DNA of 64,000 nucleotides from Actinomycetes bacterium (GCA_965278945.1 OZ257128.1:1608403-1672402); one strand, 5' to 3'. Positions 48,659 through 60,093 are shown, numbered from the stretch's first letter. Notes: generated by a model from the sequence alone, not told the origin. Translations and numbers: made by a program.

Positions 48659-49750
48659 TCAGTCCCGACGGTGAACGAGCGCGGGGATGAGCAGCTCGTC
48701 GGCAGTCAGTGCACCGTGCTGCCCGATCAGGCCGGAGACGACCTTGTCGACACGTGACGCGAGCATCATCGAGCCGTTGCTGACGGCCATCACGTCGCCG
48801 ATGCGATCGGCCAGCGCCGGCTCCACCGGACCGAACATGCCCTGGTCCACGAGGTCCTGGCGCAGGTGCACAGTGGCGAGCCCATCGAGCTCGGAGGTCC
48901 AGGCTGCCGCAACATCGGCGGCGGCCCCGTCGCGCACATAGACGTGGCGCGCGCGCGGCTCCCCCGCAACCCTGATCACTCCCGCGGTGAGCAGCGGGTT
49001 GGCCTCGATCTCGATGCGGTCCGCGGGCTGGCAGTCGACCATGCCGTGGTCGGCGGTGACCACGAGCGCTGCACCGGACGGCATCGAGTCGATGAGCCCG
49101 CCAACCAGGTGATCGGCCCGCGCGAGGGCCGTGCGCCACTGGACGCTGTCGACCCCGAACTCATGGCCCGTGCGATCAAGCTCGGACCAGTAGACGTAGG
49201 TGAACGACGGCTCGGTCGACGTGAGGACCGACGCCACTTCCGCGACGCGATCCTCGAGACCTTCGGCACCGTGGTAGTCCGAGCCGCGCAGGACCGCGCG
49301 GGTCAGCCCTGAGTTCCGGTACGCGGGATGGGAGACCGTGGTCATCGTGATGCCAGCGCGGGCCACCGACTCGAACACCGTGCGCTCGGGCTGCACTGCC
49401 ACGGGATACGGCTCCCCGCCCCACTGCAGCGGGGTGAGCACGTCGTCGATCTCCGGCAGCATGAACGAGGCGCCAACCATGCCGTGCATGCCGGGCAGCA
49501 GTCCGGTCCCGAAGGAGCCGAGCCCCACCGGGGTGGTCGTCGGGAAGACGGCGTTGATGGGCGGCCCCGACAGCGCGGACAGGCGCGGTGCCCACAGCGC
49601 GTGCCGCTCGAGGATGTTCGAGCCGAGCCCGTCGATCAGGCAGACGACAACATGGCGCGTCGGACCGATGCCGAGTACATCGGTGAAGGGCGCGACTCCA
49701 ACGGCTGCTGCCGCGGACGTGGCGACATCAGCCAGGGTCGTCGTGGTCAC
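48659..49750 (-). CDS. Alkaline phosphatase / nucleotide pyrophosphatase family protein
   Basis: LIDGLG, FPTTT, ELDRTGHEFG, VTADHG, GQHG. Confidence 0.88.
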   Translation of the reverse strand: MTTTTLADVATSAAAAVGVAPFTDVLGIGPTRHVVVCLIDGLGSNILERHALWAPRLSALSGPPINAVFPTTTPVGLGSFGTGLLPGMHGMVGASFMLPEIDDVLTPLQWGGEPYPVAVQPERTVFESVARAGITMTTVSHPAYRNSGLTRAVLRGSDYHGAEGLEDRVAEVASVLTSTEPSFTYVYWSELDRTGHEFGVDSVQWRTALARADHLVGGLIDSMPSGAALVVTADHGMVDCQPADRIEIEANPLLTAGVIRVAGEPRARHVYVRDGAAADVAAAWTSELDGLATVHLRQDLVDQGMFGPVEPALADRIGDVMAVSNGSMMLASRVDKVVSGLIGQHGALTADELLIPALVHRRD

Positions 49751-49754
49751 GAAG

Positions 49755-50339
49755 TCAGCGGGCCCGCTCCGCTGTGGCCTGGGAGAGTGCGGATGCGAAC
49801 GCGAGGACCTGCCGCACGACCTCCGCGCCGTCCGCGGCCTCGGACACGCGCACCGACAGGTCGTCGTTGCTCGCGGTGCCGGTGTAGCCGTGGTCGGCCT
49901 CGCACGCCGGATCCCCGCAGGCGGCCGGCTCGAGGTCAATGCGGCTGACGGCTCCCCAGCCGATGGTCAGGACGACCTCGGCGGCCGGGCCGCCAGCCTT
50001 ATGGTGCTCGGGCTCGCTGACGACGCGGGTGACAACCACGGAGTCGACCCGCTCGAGGCGGACCGCCTCGGTGGACGCGGAGGCATAGGGCTTCGGGTTG
50101 GTGTCGTCAATCGGATGCTCGTCGGTATGGCCGACGATCAGTCGCGTCGGGGTCAGCGCGAGCACCGTCACGTGGCGACGCAGCTCGTCGCGATCGAAGG
50201 TCGCCTCGTGGTGGACGACATAGGACGAGAGCGATTCCGCGGCCATCGCCGTGTCGAGTGCATCGGCGACGAGGTCCGGGTAGTAGCCGGACCTTTGGAT
50301 GTCGGAACGAAGCTGCTCAACGAGCGCGGTGTCGGTCAT
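49755..50339 (-). CDS. DUF5998 family protein
   Basis: IQRSGYYPDLV, HHEATFD..ELRRH, GWGAVSRIDLEPAACGDPACEADHGYTG. Confidence 0.92.
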   Translation of the reverse strand: MTDTALVEQLRSDIQRSGYYPDLVADALDTAMAAESLSSYVVHHEATFDRDELRRHVTVLALTPTRLIVGHTDEHPIDDTNPKPYASASTEAVRLERVDSVVVTRVVSEPEHHKAGGPAAEVVLTIGWGAVSRIDLEPAACGDPACEADHGYTGTASNDDLSVRVSEAADGAEVVRQVLAFASALSQATAERAR

Positions 50340-51577
50340 TCCCGCATTGTTCCACCCGCAGCGTCCGCGGGGAGCCGCCCGTCCAGTACCGGGGTCAGGT
50401 GCCCGCGCAGGCGCCATGCGAGGAAGCCCGCGACGAGGCAGCCACCGACGACGACGGACACCCACGCCGCGACCAGGTCCGCGCCTAGCAGGATCCCGGC
50501 CAGCGCCGGTCCGAGCGCTCCGGAGACACCCCACACCAGGCCCTGGATTGAGTTGTACCGACCGCGGAGGTGGTCGGGGGCGAGGTCGTTGATGAGCGCG
50601 GGTGCGATCGGCGCCCATAACGTCTCGCCCACGGCGAACACCAGCGACGACAGGCAGATCAGCACGATCGCGGCAGTCTGCGGGAGCAGCCCGGTGACCC
50701 CCATGATCAGCCAGGACGCTGCCCACAGGGCGGCGACGGTGACCATCAGCAGGCTGCGCGAGCGGTTCTTCATGAAGCGCAGACTGACCAGCTGCAGCAG
50801 CACGATGGTCATGGTGTTGACGGTGAAGGCCACCGCCACCCACGACACCGAAAGACCGTTGATCACGGTGATGAACACCGGAAGCCCGATCTCGATCGAC
50901 CCGTATCCGCAGGTCAGCAGGACGAGGCCGAGGATCGCGATGCGCAGCAGGACGCGATCGGCGAACACCTCCCGATAGCCGCCCTCGGCCTGCTGACCCT
51001 CCTCGCGCGGCGCCGGCCCGACGCCCACCCCGGGAAGGGTTAGTAGCGCGGCGACGTACAGCAGGTACGTCGCCGCGTCGCCGAGATACAAGACCGTGAA
51101 CGTGTCGGGATGGTCGACGTCGACGACGACCGCGGCGAGGATCCCGCCGATGCCAATGCCGAGGTTGAGCAGCATGAACTGGATCCCGAACACCCGCTGC
51201 CGCATCTCCGGCCCGGCGATGCGCCCGAGCAGCGCCGACTGCGGGCCCCACACGAACGAGCCGCCGATCGAGACCACCGTGGCGACCGCGAATGCCGTCG
51301 GAATGCTGTGCACCTGCGTGAGCAGCGCGACGCCTGCGGCCTCGATGAGCAAGCCGACCATCAGCACCGGCCGCGGTCCGAAGCGGTCGACGAGGATGCC
51401 GCTGACGGGCAGGAGGATGAGCGAGACGACGGCGACGTACGCGACGACGATGCCCGCGACCGCGGTACCGAGCCCGCGCACCTGGCCCAGGTACACGATG
51501 AGCAAAGGCATCGTGAGCCCGCTGCCGATCGCCGAGAGCGCGTTGCCAAGCAGTACCCGGCGGATCACCGGGGTCAT
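50336..51577 (-). CDS. MFS transporter
   Basis: GSGLTMP..VYL..VRG, G.LVDRFGPR, AVGETLWAP, LAPDHLRGRY. Confidence 0.88.
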   Translation of the reverse strand: MTPVIRRVLLGNALSAIGSGLTMPLLIVYLGQVRGLGTAVAGIVVAYVAVVSLILLPVSGILVDRFGPRPVLMVGLLIEAAGVALLTQVHSIPTAFAVATVVSIGGSFVWGPQSALLGRIAGPEMRQRVFGIQFMLLNLGIGIGGILAAVVVDVDHPDTFTVLYLGDAATYLLYVAALLTLPGVGVGPAPREEGQQAEGGYREVFADRVLLRIAILGLVLLTCGYGSIEIGLPVFITVINGLSVSWVAVAFTVNTMTIVLLQLVSLRFMKNRSRSLLMVTVAALWAASWLIMGVTGLLPQTAAIVLICLSSLVFAVGETLWAPIAPALINDLAPDHLRGRYNSIQGLVWGVSGALGPALAGILLGADLVAAWVSVVVGGCLVAGFLAWRLRGHLTPVLDGRLPADAAGGTMRE

Positions 51578-52077
51578 AGCGAGTCGATGATGCTCAAGTC
51601 GGCGACGATCGCGTCGCGGCCACGACGCAGGGTCAGCGGGAAGCCGGATGTCTCGAACGTCCTGAGCATCGCGATGTTGTCGGGAAGCACTTCGGCCGTG
51701 AATGCCGTGACGCCCTCGCGGCGAGCCAGCACCGCCAGATGCTGCAGCATCGCTGAGCCGAGGCCGAGGCCCTGATGGTCGTCGCGGATGACGAATGCAA
51801 CCTCTGCCACTCCATCGCTGACGATGTCGAAGCGGCACACGCCGATCAGCTCGCCGTCGTCGATCGCCACCAGTGCCACGCGGGCATGCTGATCGACCTC
51901 CGTGAAGTGCTCGACATCGGCATCGCTGAGGGACCTCTTGCTCGTGAAGAACCTGAAGTACACCGTGCGATCGGACAAGGAGGTGTGGAACGCGCGAAGC
52001 GCAGGCCCGTCTGCGGGATCGATCTGCCGGAGCTGCACCACGCGGGCATCGCGCAGCACGACATCGGTCCCGGACAT
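51574..52077 (-). CDS. Stand-alone GNAT acetyltransferase (Pat-type GNAT domain)
   Basis: DVVLRD, LSDRTVYFRFF, AEVAFVIRDDHQGLGLGS, AEVLPDNIAML. Confidence 0.85.
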   Translation of the reverse strand: MSGTDVVLRDARVVQLRQIDPADGPALRAFHTSLSDRTVYFRFFTSKRSLSDADVEHFTEVDQHARVALVAIDDGELIGVCRFDIVSDGVAEVAFVIRDDHQGLGLGSAMLQHLAVLARREGVTAFTAEVLPDNIAMLRTFETSGFPLTLRRGRDAIVADLSIIDSL

Positions 52078-52168
52078 GGGGTCATTGTGTCGCTCACGGC
52101 CGACGCCCGACCGGCGAACCTCACGCCGAGCCGTGCGCTCCGCGACCGGCCGAAGGTAGGGTCGGGGG

Positions 52169-53113
52169 GTGACAAACACCGCCCTCGATCCCGGCCTCAT
52201 GACCGTCGCTCCAGACGTTCTGGAGGCCCTCGCCGAGGGGCGAGGGGTCGTCGCGCTCGAGTCCACGATCATCAGCCACGGCCTGCCCAGGCCCGAGAAC
52301 CTCCGCGTCGCCGCCGAGGTCGAGGACATCGTCAGGTCGCGGGGCGCCGTGCCCGCCACCGTCGCGATCCTCGACGGCCGGGTTCATGTCGGGCTCGATG
52401 AGGGGCTGCTCGACCAGGTCGCCAATCGCGACGACGTCGTCAAGGTCAGCGTCCGCGACATCGCCACCCTGGTGGCGCGCGGGGGAAGCGGTGCCACCAC
52501 CGTCGCCGCCACCAGCCATATCGCCCGCCTTGCCGGACTGCGAGTGTTCGCCACCGGCGGCCTCGGCGGCGTGCATCGCCAGGCCCGCGACAGCTGGGAC
52601 GAGTCCGCCGACCTCAGCACCCTCGCGGTCACACCGGTCACGGTCGTCTGCTCAGGCGTGAAGTCGATCCTCGATGTCGGCGCGACGCTGGAGCGACTGG
52701 AGACGTTGAACGTCGGGGTCCTTGCCTACGGGACGAGCGCCTTCCCCGGCTTCTACCTGTCGGACTCGGGCTATCGCGTCGACTGGTCGGCCAGCGATGC
52801 CGACGACGTCGCACGCATCATGGGCGTTCGCGACGCGCTCGACATCCCGTCCGCGCTCGTCGTGGCGAACCCGCTGCCGGAGTCCGAGCAACTTGATCCC
52901 GACGTTCACGATGCCGTCCTCGAGGAGGGCCTGCGCCTGGCGTCGGCCCGCAACATCACCGGCAAGGACGTCACGCCGTTCCTCCTCGACCACTTCCATC
53001 GGGCTACGCATGGCGCGAGCCTGATCGTCAACGAGCAGATCATCGTGCGCAATGCCGAGCTTGCCGCGCGGATCGCGGTCTCCGACGCGTCACTTCGCGC
53101 CGTCGCTCTCTAG
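52169..53113 (+). CDS. psuG: Pseudouridine-5'-phosphate glycosidase
   Basis: VVALESTIISHGLP.P.N, ATTVAAT, FATGGLGGVHR, GVKSILD, GKDVTPFLL. Confidence 0.95.
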   Translation: MTNTALDPGLMTVAPDVLEALAEGRGVVALESTIISHGLPRPENLRVAAEVEDIVRSRGAVPATVAILDGRVHVGLDEGLLDQVANRDDVVKVSVRDIATLVARGGSGATTVAATSHIARLAGLRVFATGGLGGVHRQARDSWDESADLSTLAVTPVTVVCSGVKSILDVGATLERLETLNVGVLAYGTSAFPGFYLSDSGYRVDWSASDADDVARIMGVRDALDIPSALVVANPLPESEQLDPDVHDAVLEEGLRLASARNITGKDVTPFLLDHFHRATHGASLIVNEQIIVRNAELAARIAVSDASLRAVAL

Positions 53114-53122
53114 TACCCGCCG

Positions 53123-54022
53123 ATGACCGCCGAGGGTGCTGGCCGCTGCGTGATCGTCGGCGACGTCATGATGGACGTCACCGCGCGGATCGCCACCGCC
53201 ATCGAGTTCGCCAGCGACACCCCCGCACAGGTCAGTGTCCAGCCCGGCGGATCGGCGGCCAACACGGCGGCGTGGATGGCGGCGAGTGGTCGCCAGGTCA
53301 CGTTCGTGGGCTGCGTCGGTGACGACGCCTTCGGTCGAGACGTGCGCGACGTGCTCGTCTCGTCCGGTGTCGAGCCGCGCTTGGCGGTCTCGGGCGTTCG
53401 CCCGACCGGCACGTGCGTCGTGATCGTCGACGACCAGCACGAGCGCACGATGTTCCCCGACAAGGGCGCAAACGATGAGCTCGACGCGAGTGCGGTCGTC
53501 GCGCTGGGGCTGGTCCCCGGCGACCACGTGCACCTGTCCGGCTACGTGCTGCTCAATCCGCACGCCCGCCAGGCAGGATTGCGAATCCTCGCGCATGCGC
53601 GGTCCGCGGGGGCCACGACCAGCCTGGACCCGGCCTCGGCCGGTCCGCTCCGGCAGCAGCGCGAGGAGGTCGTCGACGCGCTTCGCCTCGTCGACATCGT
53701 GATCGCCAACGGTGACGAGGCGGCGGTTCTCACCGGCGCCGACGACCCGCTCGACTCGGTCGTGCTCCTCGCCGAGATGGTCGCGACCGCCGTGGTGAAG
53801 CGCGGCAGCCTCGGCGCGGTCGCCAGGGACGCCACCCACAGCGTGACCCAGCCCGCGCTGCCCGCCACCGTGGTCGACACCACCGGAGCGGGTGATGCGT
53901 TCGCGGCGGGCTTCCTCGGAGCCTGGCTGGCCGGGCGCGCGCTCAGCGAGGCGGTCAGGGCCGGCCAGGAGCTGGCGGCCGAGGCCGTGGGCCGTGTCGG
54001 AGCAGGGCCACTAGGGCGTTGA
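53123..54022 (+). CDS. PfkB-family kinase (probable pseudouridine kinase)
   Basis: [27 protein letters not shown]; directly after psuG. Confidence 0.85.
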   Translation: MTAEGAGRCVIVGDVMMDVTARIATAIEFASDTPAQVSVQPGGSAANTAAWMAASGRQVTFVGCVGDDAFGRDVRDVLVSSGVEPRLAVSGVRPTGTCVVIVDDQHERTMFPDKGANDELDASAVVALGLVPGDHVHLSGYVLLNPHARQAGLRILAHARSAGATTSLDPASAGPLRQQREEVVDALRLVDIVIANGDEAAVLTGADDPLDSVVLLAEMVATAVVKRGSLGAVARDATHSVTQPALPATVVDTTGAGDAFAAGFLGAWLAGRALSEAVRAGQELAAEAVGRVGAGPLGR

Positions 54023-54083
54023 GCCGGGAGAATCACCCCTGAACGGGGGCGCCACGAGCGCCCCACCGAATCGAGAGGACACC

Positions 54084-56537
54084 ATGGCCCGCCGAGCCAC
54101 GCGCAACGTCGAGCATCCTGGCGACGGTCGCATCGTCGACGTCGACGTCTCGGACGAGATGCGCGGATCATTCCTGGAGTACGCCTACTCCGTCATCTAC
54201 GCGCGAGCCCTTCCCGACGCCCGCGACGGCATGAAGCCCGTGCAGCGGCGCATCTTGTTCCAGATGGCGCAGATGGGCCTGCGCCCCGACCGTGGTCACG
54301 TCAAGAGCGCCCGCGTCGTCGGCGACGTCATGGGCCGCCTGCATCCGCACGGCGACACCGCGATCTACGACGCGCTCGTGCGCATGGCGCAGCCGTTCTC
54401 CCTGCGCCTGCCGCTCATCGACGGCCACGGCAACTTCGGCTCGCTCGACGACGGACCAGCGGCGATGCGCTACACCGAGGCCCGGCTGGCCACGCCCGCG
54501 ATGGCGATGACCGACGGCCTGGACGAGGACGTCGTCGACTTCGGCGCGAACTACGACGGACGCGAGACCGAGCCGGCCGTGCTGCCCGCGGCCATCCCGA
54601 ACCTGCTCGTCAACGGCGCGTCCGGCATCGCGGTCGGCATGGCGACCAACCTCGTCCCGCACAACGTCGGCGAGGTGCTCAACGGCGCGCGCCACCTGCT
54701 GCGCAATCCGGACGCGACACTCGCGGAGATCATGACGCTCATCCCGGGCCCGGACTTTCCTGGCGGCGGGGTCATCGTCGGACTCGACGGAGTGCGCGAC
54801 GCGTACGAGACAGGACGCGGTGCGTTCAAGGTGCGGGCTCGCACGCGCATCGAGCAGGTCACTCCGCGACGACGTGGCATCGTGGTCACCGAGCTGCCCT
54901 ACAACGTCGGGCCCGAGCGCATCATCGATCGCATCAAGGACGCCGTGCAGGCAAAGAAGCTCGAGGGCATCTCCGACGTCGTCGACCTCACCGACGGGGA
55001 CAGCGGACTCCAGCTGGTCATCGAGATCAAGAACGGATTCCATCCCGAGGCCGTCCTCGAGCATCTCTTCCGGCTCACGCCGATGGAGGACACGGTCAAC
55101 GTCAACGCGGTCGCGCTCGTCGACGGGCAGCCGCAGACGATGGGCCTCATCTCGATGCTCGAGGTCTGGCTCAAGCATCGTCTCGAGGTCGTGCGCCGCC
55201 GCAGCGAGTACCGCCGCCGCCGCGCGCAGGAGCGCCTGCATCTTGTGGATGGCCTGCTCCTGGCCATCATCGACATCGACGAGGTCATCCAGCTGATCCG
55301 CGAGTCCGACGACTCCGCGGCCGCGAAGGAACGACTCATGACGGTGTTCGACCTCAGCGACGTGCAGGCGACTTACATCCTCGACATGCCGCTTCGCCGC
55401 CTCACCAAGTTCTCGCGGATCGACCTCGAGAAGGAGGGCGACGACCTGCGCCGGACGATCGACGAGCTCACCGCTCTGCTCGAGGACCCCGAGGTGCTTC
55501 GCAACGCGGTCGCCGACGAGATCGGCGAGGTCGCGCAACTGCACGCCACTCCGCGACGCACGCTGCTCATGGAGTCCTCGTCGGTGCCGGTGCGCACCGC
55601 CGTTCCGATGGAGGTCCACGACGAGCCGTGCGTCGTGCTCATGTCGAGCACCGGACTGCTCGCGCGCACGTCGGTCATCTCCGCGGCTGACGATGCCAGC
55701 CACGCGCAGCGCTCCACCCACGACGTCATCATCAGCGCGACTCCGGCAACCACGCGCGGCCAGTTCGGCATCGTCACCTCCGCGGGCCGCGTGCTGCGAC
55801 TCAACACCGTCGACCTGCCGTCGCTGCCCGCTGTCAGCGGCACGCCAGCCCTGTCGGCCGGTGCGCCGCTCGGCGCCTTCGTCGACCTGCCCGTCGACGA
55901 GGCACCTCTGTGCCTGGTCACCCTCGACGATGCCGGCGGCATCGCGCTGGCCACGGCGCGCGGCATCGTCAAGCGCGTGATCCCCGATGCGCTGCAGAAC
56001 AAGGACTCGTGGGAGATCATTCGTCTCGAGGACGGCGACCGAGTCGTCGGCGCGACGCGACTGCCGGAGGCCGAGGCGGAGAAGTCCGAGCTCGTGTTCA
56101 TCACCTCGGATGCCCAGCTGCTGCGCATCCCCGCGACCTCCGTGCGCCCGCAGGGCCGCGCAGCGGCCGGCATGGCGGGTATCAAGCTGGCGCGCGGAGC
56201 CGAGGTGATCTCCTTCCATGCGCTGCGACCGCAGGAGGAGTCGGTGATCGTGACGATCGCCGGAAGCGGCGCCGCGCTGCCGGGCACCGAACCGGGCACG
56301 GTGAAGGTCACTCCGCTGGCGGAGTACCCGGCCAAAGGCCGCGCTACCGGCGGGGTGCGCTGCCACAAGTTCCGCTCCGGCGAGGACCGCCTGCTCCTCG
56401 CCTGGGCCGGCACCGGGCCGGCACGCGCCGCGACCGCATCCGGCGGCCCGCTGCCGCTGCCCGAGGTCGATATCCGTCGTGACGCGACCGGGGTTCCCGC
56501 AACAGCGCCGATCTCCTCGGTGGCCGGAGCCCTATGA
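54084..56537 (+). CDS. parC: DNA topoisomerase IV subunit A (actinobacterial type)
   Basis: [30 protein letters not shown], beta-pinwheel CTD without a clear GyrA box. Confidence 0.9.
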   Translation: MARRATRNVEHPGDGRIVDVDVSDEMRGSFLEYAYSVIYARALPDARDGMKPVQRRILFQMAQMGLRPDRGHVKSARVVGDVMGRLHPHGDTAIYDALVRMAQPFSLRLPLIDGHGNFGSLDDGPAAMRYTEARLATPAMAMTDGLDEDVVDFGANYDGRETEPAVLPAAIPNLLVNGASGIAVGMATNLVPHNVGEVLNGARHLLRNPDATLAEIMTLIPGPDFPGGGVIVGLDGVRDAYETGRGAFKVRARTRIEQVTPRRRGIVVTELPYNVGPERIIDRIKDAVQAKKLEGISDVVDLTDGDSGLQLVIEIKNGFHPEAVLEHLFRLTPMEDTVNVNAVALVDGQPQTMGLISMLEVWLKHRLEVVRRRSEYRRRRAQERLHLVDGLLLAIIDIDEVIQLIRESDDSAAAKERLMTVFDLSDVQATYILDMPLRRLTKFSRIDLEKEGDDLRRTIDELTALLEDPEVLRNAVADEIGEVAQLHATPRRTLLMESSSVPVRTAVPMEVHDEPCVVLMSSTGLLARTSVISAADDASHAQRSTHDVIISATPATTRGQFGIVTSAGRVLRLNTVDLPSLPAVSGTPALSAGAPLGAFVDLPVDEAPLCLVTLDDAGGIALATARGIVKRVIPDALQNKDSWEIIRLEDGDRVVGATRLPEAEAEKSELVFITSDAQLLRIPATSVRPQGRAAAGMAGIKLARGAEVISFHALRPQEESVIVTIAGSGAALPGTEPGTVKVTPLAEYPAKGRATGGVRCHKFRSGEDRLLLAWAGTGPARAATASGGPLPLPEVDIRRDATGVPATAPISSVAGAL

Positions 56538-57493
56538 CCTCGTGCTCCATCGAAGCGCTCGCCGTCGGCGAGCCGCTTCCCGGAACCGCGCCCCATGCGA
56601 CGGGCTGGATCGTCCTCGAGCAGCCCGGATCGTGGGGGCGAGATGCCGTCTCCGAGAGCCAGTTGGACCCACGGGTCGCCGCCTTCCTGGCGAACGCCGA
56701 CCGATCAGGCATCAAGGTGCTGATGGCACGTCACCCCGACCGTCCGGCCCGACGGCCCGACGGCACCCGGCACGCGTGGGTCGCACGCAGCATCGCCGGC
56801 GCTCACCTGCTGCGCCACGGGATCCTCGACGGCATCGAGGAGGTGCTGACGTGGGACCTCGAGGCGATGGGTGCCGGGCACCTGCCCGTCATGGGCTCCC
56901 TCGACCCCAGGCCGACGACCTTCGTGTGCACGCACTCCAAGCGCGACCGCTGCTGCGCCCTCGACGGCCGTGCGCTCATCACCGATCTTCTCGCCGAGGT
57001 GGAGCCCGACGAGCGCCTGCGGATCTGGGAGTGCAGCCACGTCGGCGGGCATCGCTTCGCTCCCGTGATGCTGACCTTGCCGTCCGGTGCGGTCCACGGC
57101 CGAGTCGATGGCCAGACCGCACGCGAGGTGATCAACCTCGCGTCGCGTCACGAGGTGGTGATCGACCGGCTGCGCGGGCTCTCCGGGTTCAGTCCCGCGT
57201 TCCAGGTCGCGGCGATCGCCGTCATGCGCGCCGAGGGCCTGACCCGCGACGATGACCTGGACGTCCTGCGCATCGTCAAAGGGCGAGCCATTCCGGTCAA
57301 GCCCGGTGCGCCGAACGCCGACGGCACCGACATCGTGGAGGCCGAGGTGCGGCATACCGACGGTCGGTCATGGCGAGTGACCGTCGAGCGCGTACCGCTG
57401 GCGAAGGATCGGCGCGAGTCGTGCAGCAAGGACCCGGTGTCCGGATTCGCCTGGGAATGCACGGCTCTCGCTGCCACAACCCCTTGGTCCTAA
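56534..57493 (+). CDS. Sucrase/ferredoxin-like (thioredoxin-like [2Fe-2S]) protein
   Basis: [32 protein letters not shown]. Confidence 0.88.
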   Translation: MTSCSIEALAVGEPLPGTAPHATGWIVLEQPGSWGRDAVSESQLDPRVAAFLANADRSGIKVLMARHPDRPARRPDGTRHAWVARSIAGAHLLRHGILDGIEEVLTWDLEAMGAGHLPVMGSLDPRPTTFVCTHSKRDRCCALDGRALITDLLAEVEPDERLRIWECSHVGGHRFAPVMLTLPSGAVHGRVDGQTAREVINLASRHEVVIDRLRGLSGFSPAFQVAAIAVMRAEGLTRDDDLDVLRIVKGRAIPVKPGAPNADGTDIVEAEVRHTDGRSWRVTVERVPLAKDRRESCSKDPVSGFAWECTALAATTPWS

Positions 57494-58863
57494 CCCCCTG
57501 GGCGTGCCGCGGCGAGCAGGTCGTCCTGGTGGTGGATCGTCGTGCGGTCGCGACCACGTGATGCACCGAGGGCTCGCTCCGCGCTGTCGATCGAGCGCCA
57601 GCCGTCAGTCGACACGGCGACGATGCCCTTGGCAGCGAGCAGCGCGTCGAAAGCATCAGCAGTCGGCGTTGCCGGCTCGGGCAGGACGCCGGCCTCGATG
57701 TCGGCGACGAGCGACGCGACCGTGGCGGTCGCATCCTTCTTGTTCGTGCCGATGATCCCCGTAGGACCGCGCTTGATCCATCCGGCGACGTACTCCCCCG
57801 CGACCGTCTGGCCATCGCGGTGCACGCGGCCGTCGTTGTGCGGGATGACGTTGCGCGAGCTGTCGAAGGGGACCTCGTCGAGCGCGGTGCCGCGGTATCC
57901 GACGCTGCGCACGATGACGTTCGCGTCGACCTCGAAGAACTCGCCGGTTCCCTCCGCGCCGCCCTCCGCGGTCAGGCGCGTGCGCTCCACTGACACCTTC
58001 TCGGCGTGGTCGGTGCCGAGGATCTCGGCGGGACGGGCGAAGAAGTGCAGGTGGATGCGACGCGAATGGCCGGCGTGCTCGCGGTCGATCCACCCGCGCA
58101 TGACCTCGACGTTGCGCGCAACGGCCTTGTCGGCAGCAGCAGCCGCGGCGCTCGCCTCGTCGAGATCGAAGTCCTCGGCCTTGACGATGATGTCGGCATC
58201 CTCGAGCTCGCCGAGCTCGCGTAGTTCCTTGGTGGTGAATGTCGCCTGAGCCGGTCCGCGACGGCCAAGCACGTGGATGTCGGTGATCTGCGACTTCGAC
58301 AAGGTGTCCAGCACGTGCTGAGGCATGTCGGTGTGCTCCAACTCGGCGACCGTCTTCGCCAGCACGCGAGTGACATCGACGGACACGTTGCCCACGCCGA
58401 CGACGACAACGCCGGTCGCGGTGGGAAGCAGCGTCTCGAACAGCTCGCGGTCAGCGTCGGGATGGCCGCAGTACCAGGCCACGAAATCCGTCGCGGCGAT
58501 GCTGCCCGGCAGGTCCTCACCCTCGATGCCCAGGCGACGATCGCGCGATGCGCCATACGTCCAGATGACGGCGTCGAAACAGGAGTGCAGCTCGGATGCG
58601 GTGATGCCGCCGACCTCGCCGACGAGGACGTTTCCGACGAACCGGACGCCCGGCTTGTCGAGCACCTTGTCGAGAGTGTCGCGCACCGAGCGGATGCTCA
58701 GGTGGTCGGGCGCCACGCCGTATCGCACGAGACCGAAAGGCACGGGCAGTCGGTCGATGACGTCGACCTCGACGGGGAAACCGTCCTGGCTGACAAGCGC
58801 GTCGGCTGCATACATGCCCGATGGGCCCGACCCTACGATGGCGACCCTCAGGGGGCGTGGCAT
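57490..58863 (-). CDS. fprA: Ferredoxin-NADP+ reductase (FprA/adrenodoxin reductase type)
   Basis: VGSGPSG, PFGLVRYGVAPDH, GVGNVSVD, GRRGP, GWIKRGPTG.IGTN. Confidence 0.9.
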   Translation of the reverse strand: MPRPLRVAIVGSGPSGMYAADALVSQDGFPVEVDVIDRLPVPFGLVRYGVAPDHLSIRSVRDTLDKVLDKPGVRFVGNVLVGEVGGITASELHSCFDAVIWTYGASRDRRLGIEGEDLPGSIAATDFVAWYCGHPDADRELFETLLPTATGVVVVGVGNVSVDVTRVLAKTVAELEHTDMPQHVLDTLSKSQITDIHVLGRRGPAQATFTTKELRELGELEDADIIVKAEDFDLDEASAAAAAADKAVARNVEVMRGWIDREHAGHSRRIHLHFFARPAEILGTDHAEKVSVERTRLTAEGGAEGTGEFFEVDANVIVRSVGYRGTALDEVPFDSSRNVIPHNDGRVHRDGQTVAGEYVAGWIKRGPTGIIGTNKKDATATVASLVADIEAGVLPEPATPTADAFDALLAAKGIVAVSTDGWRSIDSAERALGASRGRDRTTIHHQDDLLAAARPGG

Positions 58864-58962
58864 GGCAACTCCTCGACGCGACCGGCAGGACCGGCCCAGC
58901 CTAGAGCGGCGGCCCGCGGCAGGCCGACCGGCGCACCGTCAACTTCTCATATGCTGCCGGAC

Positions 58963-59508
58963 ATGGACGAGGTACCGATCCGACGGGTGGCAAGTCGGGT
59001 CGCCTACTCAAATCCCTGGCTCACGCTGCGCGAGGACGACGTCTCATATGCGGATGGAACGGTAACGATCTTCGGAGTCGTCGAGAAGCCGGACTTCGCG
59101 CTGGTTCTCCCGCGCGGGGATGGCGGCTTCTGGCTGGTCAGCCAGTATCGCTATCCCGTCGGGCGGCGTACCTGGGAGATGCCGCAGGGCTCGTGGGGAC
59201 ACGACGCATCAGGCACGGCGGAAGAACTGGCGCGTAGCGAACTCCGCGAGGAGACCGGTCTGACCGCGTCGTCGATGCATCATCTCGGTCGACTCGCGCA
59301 CGCGCCGGGCATCAGTCCAACGCAGTTCGACGTATACCTGGCCGAGGGCCTTGCCCAGGGAAAGCCACGACCTGAATGGACCGAGGTCGACATGCACCAT
59401 CGCTTCGTCACCGATGACGAGCTCCGAGGAATGATCGCCTCACGCGAGGTCTACGACGCCCCATCGCTGGCCGGACTTGCCCTGTTCTGGATGCGCAACA
59501 ACCACTAG
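58963..59508 (+). CDS. NUDIX hydrolase
   Basis: QYRYPVG...WEMPQG...ARSELREETG Nudix box. Confidence 0.88.
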   Translation: MDEVPIRRVASRVAYSNPWLTLREDDVSYADGTVTIFGVVEKPDFALVLPRGDGGFWLVSQYRYPVGRRTWEMPQGSWGHDASGTAEELARSELREETGLTASSMHHLGRLAHAPGISPTQFDVYLAEGLAQGKPRPEWTEVDMHHRFVTDDELRGMIASREVYDAPSLAGLALFWMRNNH

Positions 59509-60041
59509 GCCTCCATGGGAAGCAGGCGCCCGGTGTGCACGTCGAACACCGCGCCGCCGACGATCAGGTCGGGCGGAAGGAGCGGGTACGCGCGGATGCG
59601 CACGATGTCGGTTATCAGCGCAGCCTTCTGGTCGGTCACCGTGCGGATCTCGACACTGCGCGTGTCGATCCCATGAGTGTCGAGGATCTGCTGGTGAACC
59701 GCGGCCTCCTCGCCGCTGGCCATCTTGCAGTCGGTGTGCGGCATCACGAGGACCCGCTTGACGCCAAGCAGATAGGTCGCGAGGACCAGGGTGCGCAGGA
59801 CGTCATCGGTGACGCGGGCGCCGGCGTTCCGCAGGATCTTGGCATCGCCTCGCTCCAGGCCGAGTACCCCGAGCGGGTCGATGCGCGAGTCCATGCAGGT
59901 GATGACCGCAAGCCCCCGCTCAGCCCAGCCCGATCGCTCGATCGGGACGAACGTGTCGACGTAGTCAGCGTTGCCAGCCAGTACGTCCGCGAACGCAGCG
60001 CTCGGGAAGTCCTGCACGATCGCAGTGCTCTCAAGGGTCAT
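59505..60041 (-). CDS. Beta-class carbonic anhydrase
   Basis: TCMDSRI, RNAG, HTDC zinc ligands. Confidence 0.9.
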   Translation of the reverse strand: MTLESTAIVQDFPSAAFADVLAGNADYVDTFVPIERSGWAERGLAVITCMDSRIDPLGVLGLERGDAKILRNAGARVTDDVLRTLVLATYLLGVKRVLVMPHTDCKMASGEEAAVHQQILDTHGIDTRSVEIRTVTDQKAALITDIVRIRAYPLLPPDLIVGGAVFDVHTGRLLPMEA

Positions 60042-60093
60042 GTCGGCACCCTACTAAGCCGTGCGCGACTGGGCACGACGACGTTGACAGGGC

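Noticed and set aside
54046-54064. GGGGCGC-cacga-GCGCCCC hairpin before parC
   Set aside because: A 7-bp GC stem with no U-tract is expected by chance at this GC content
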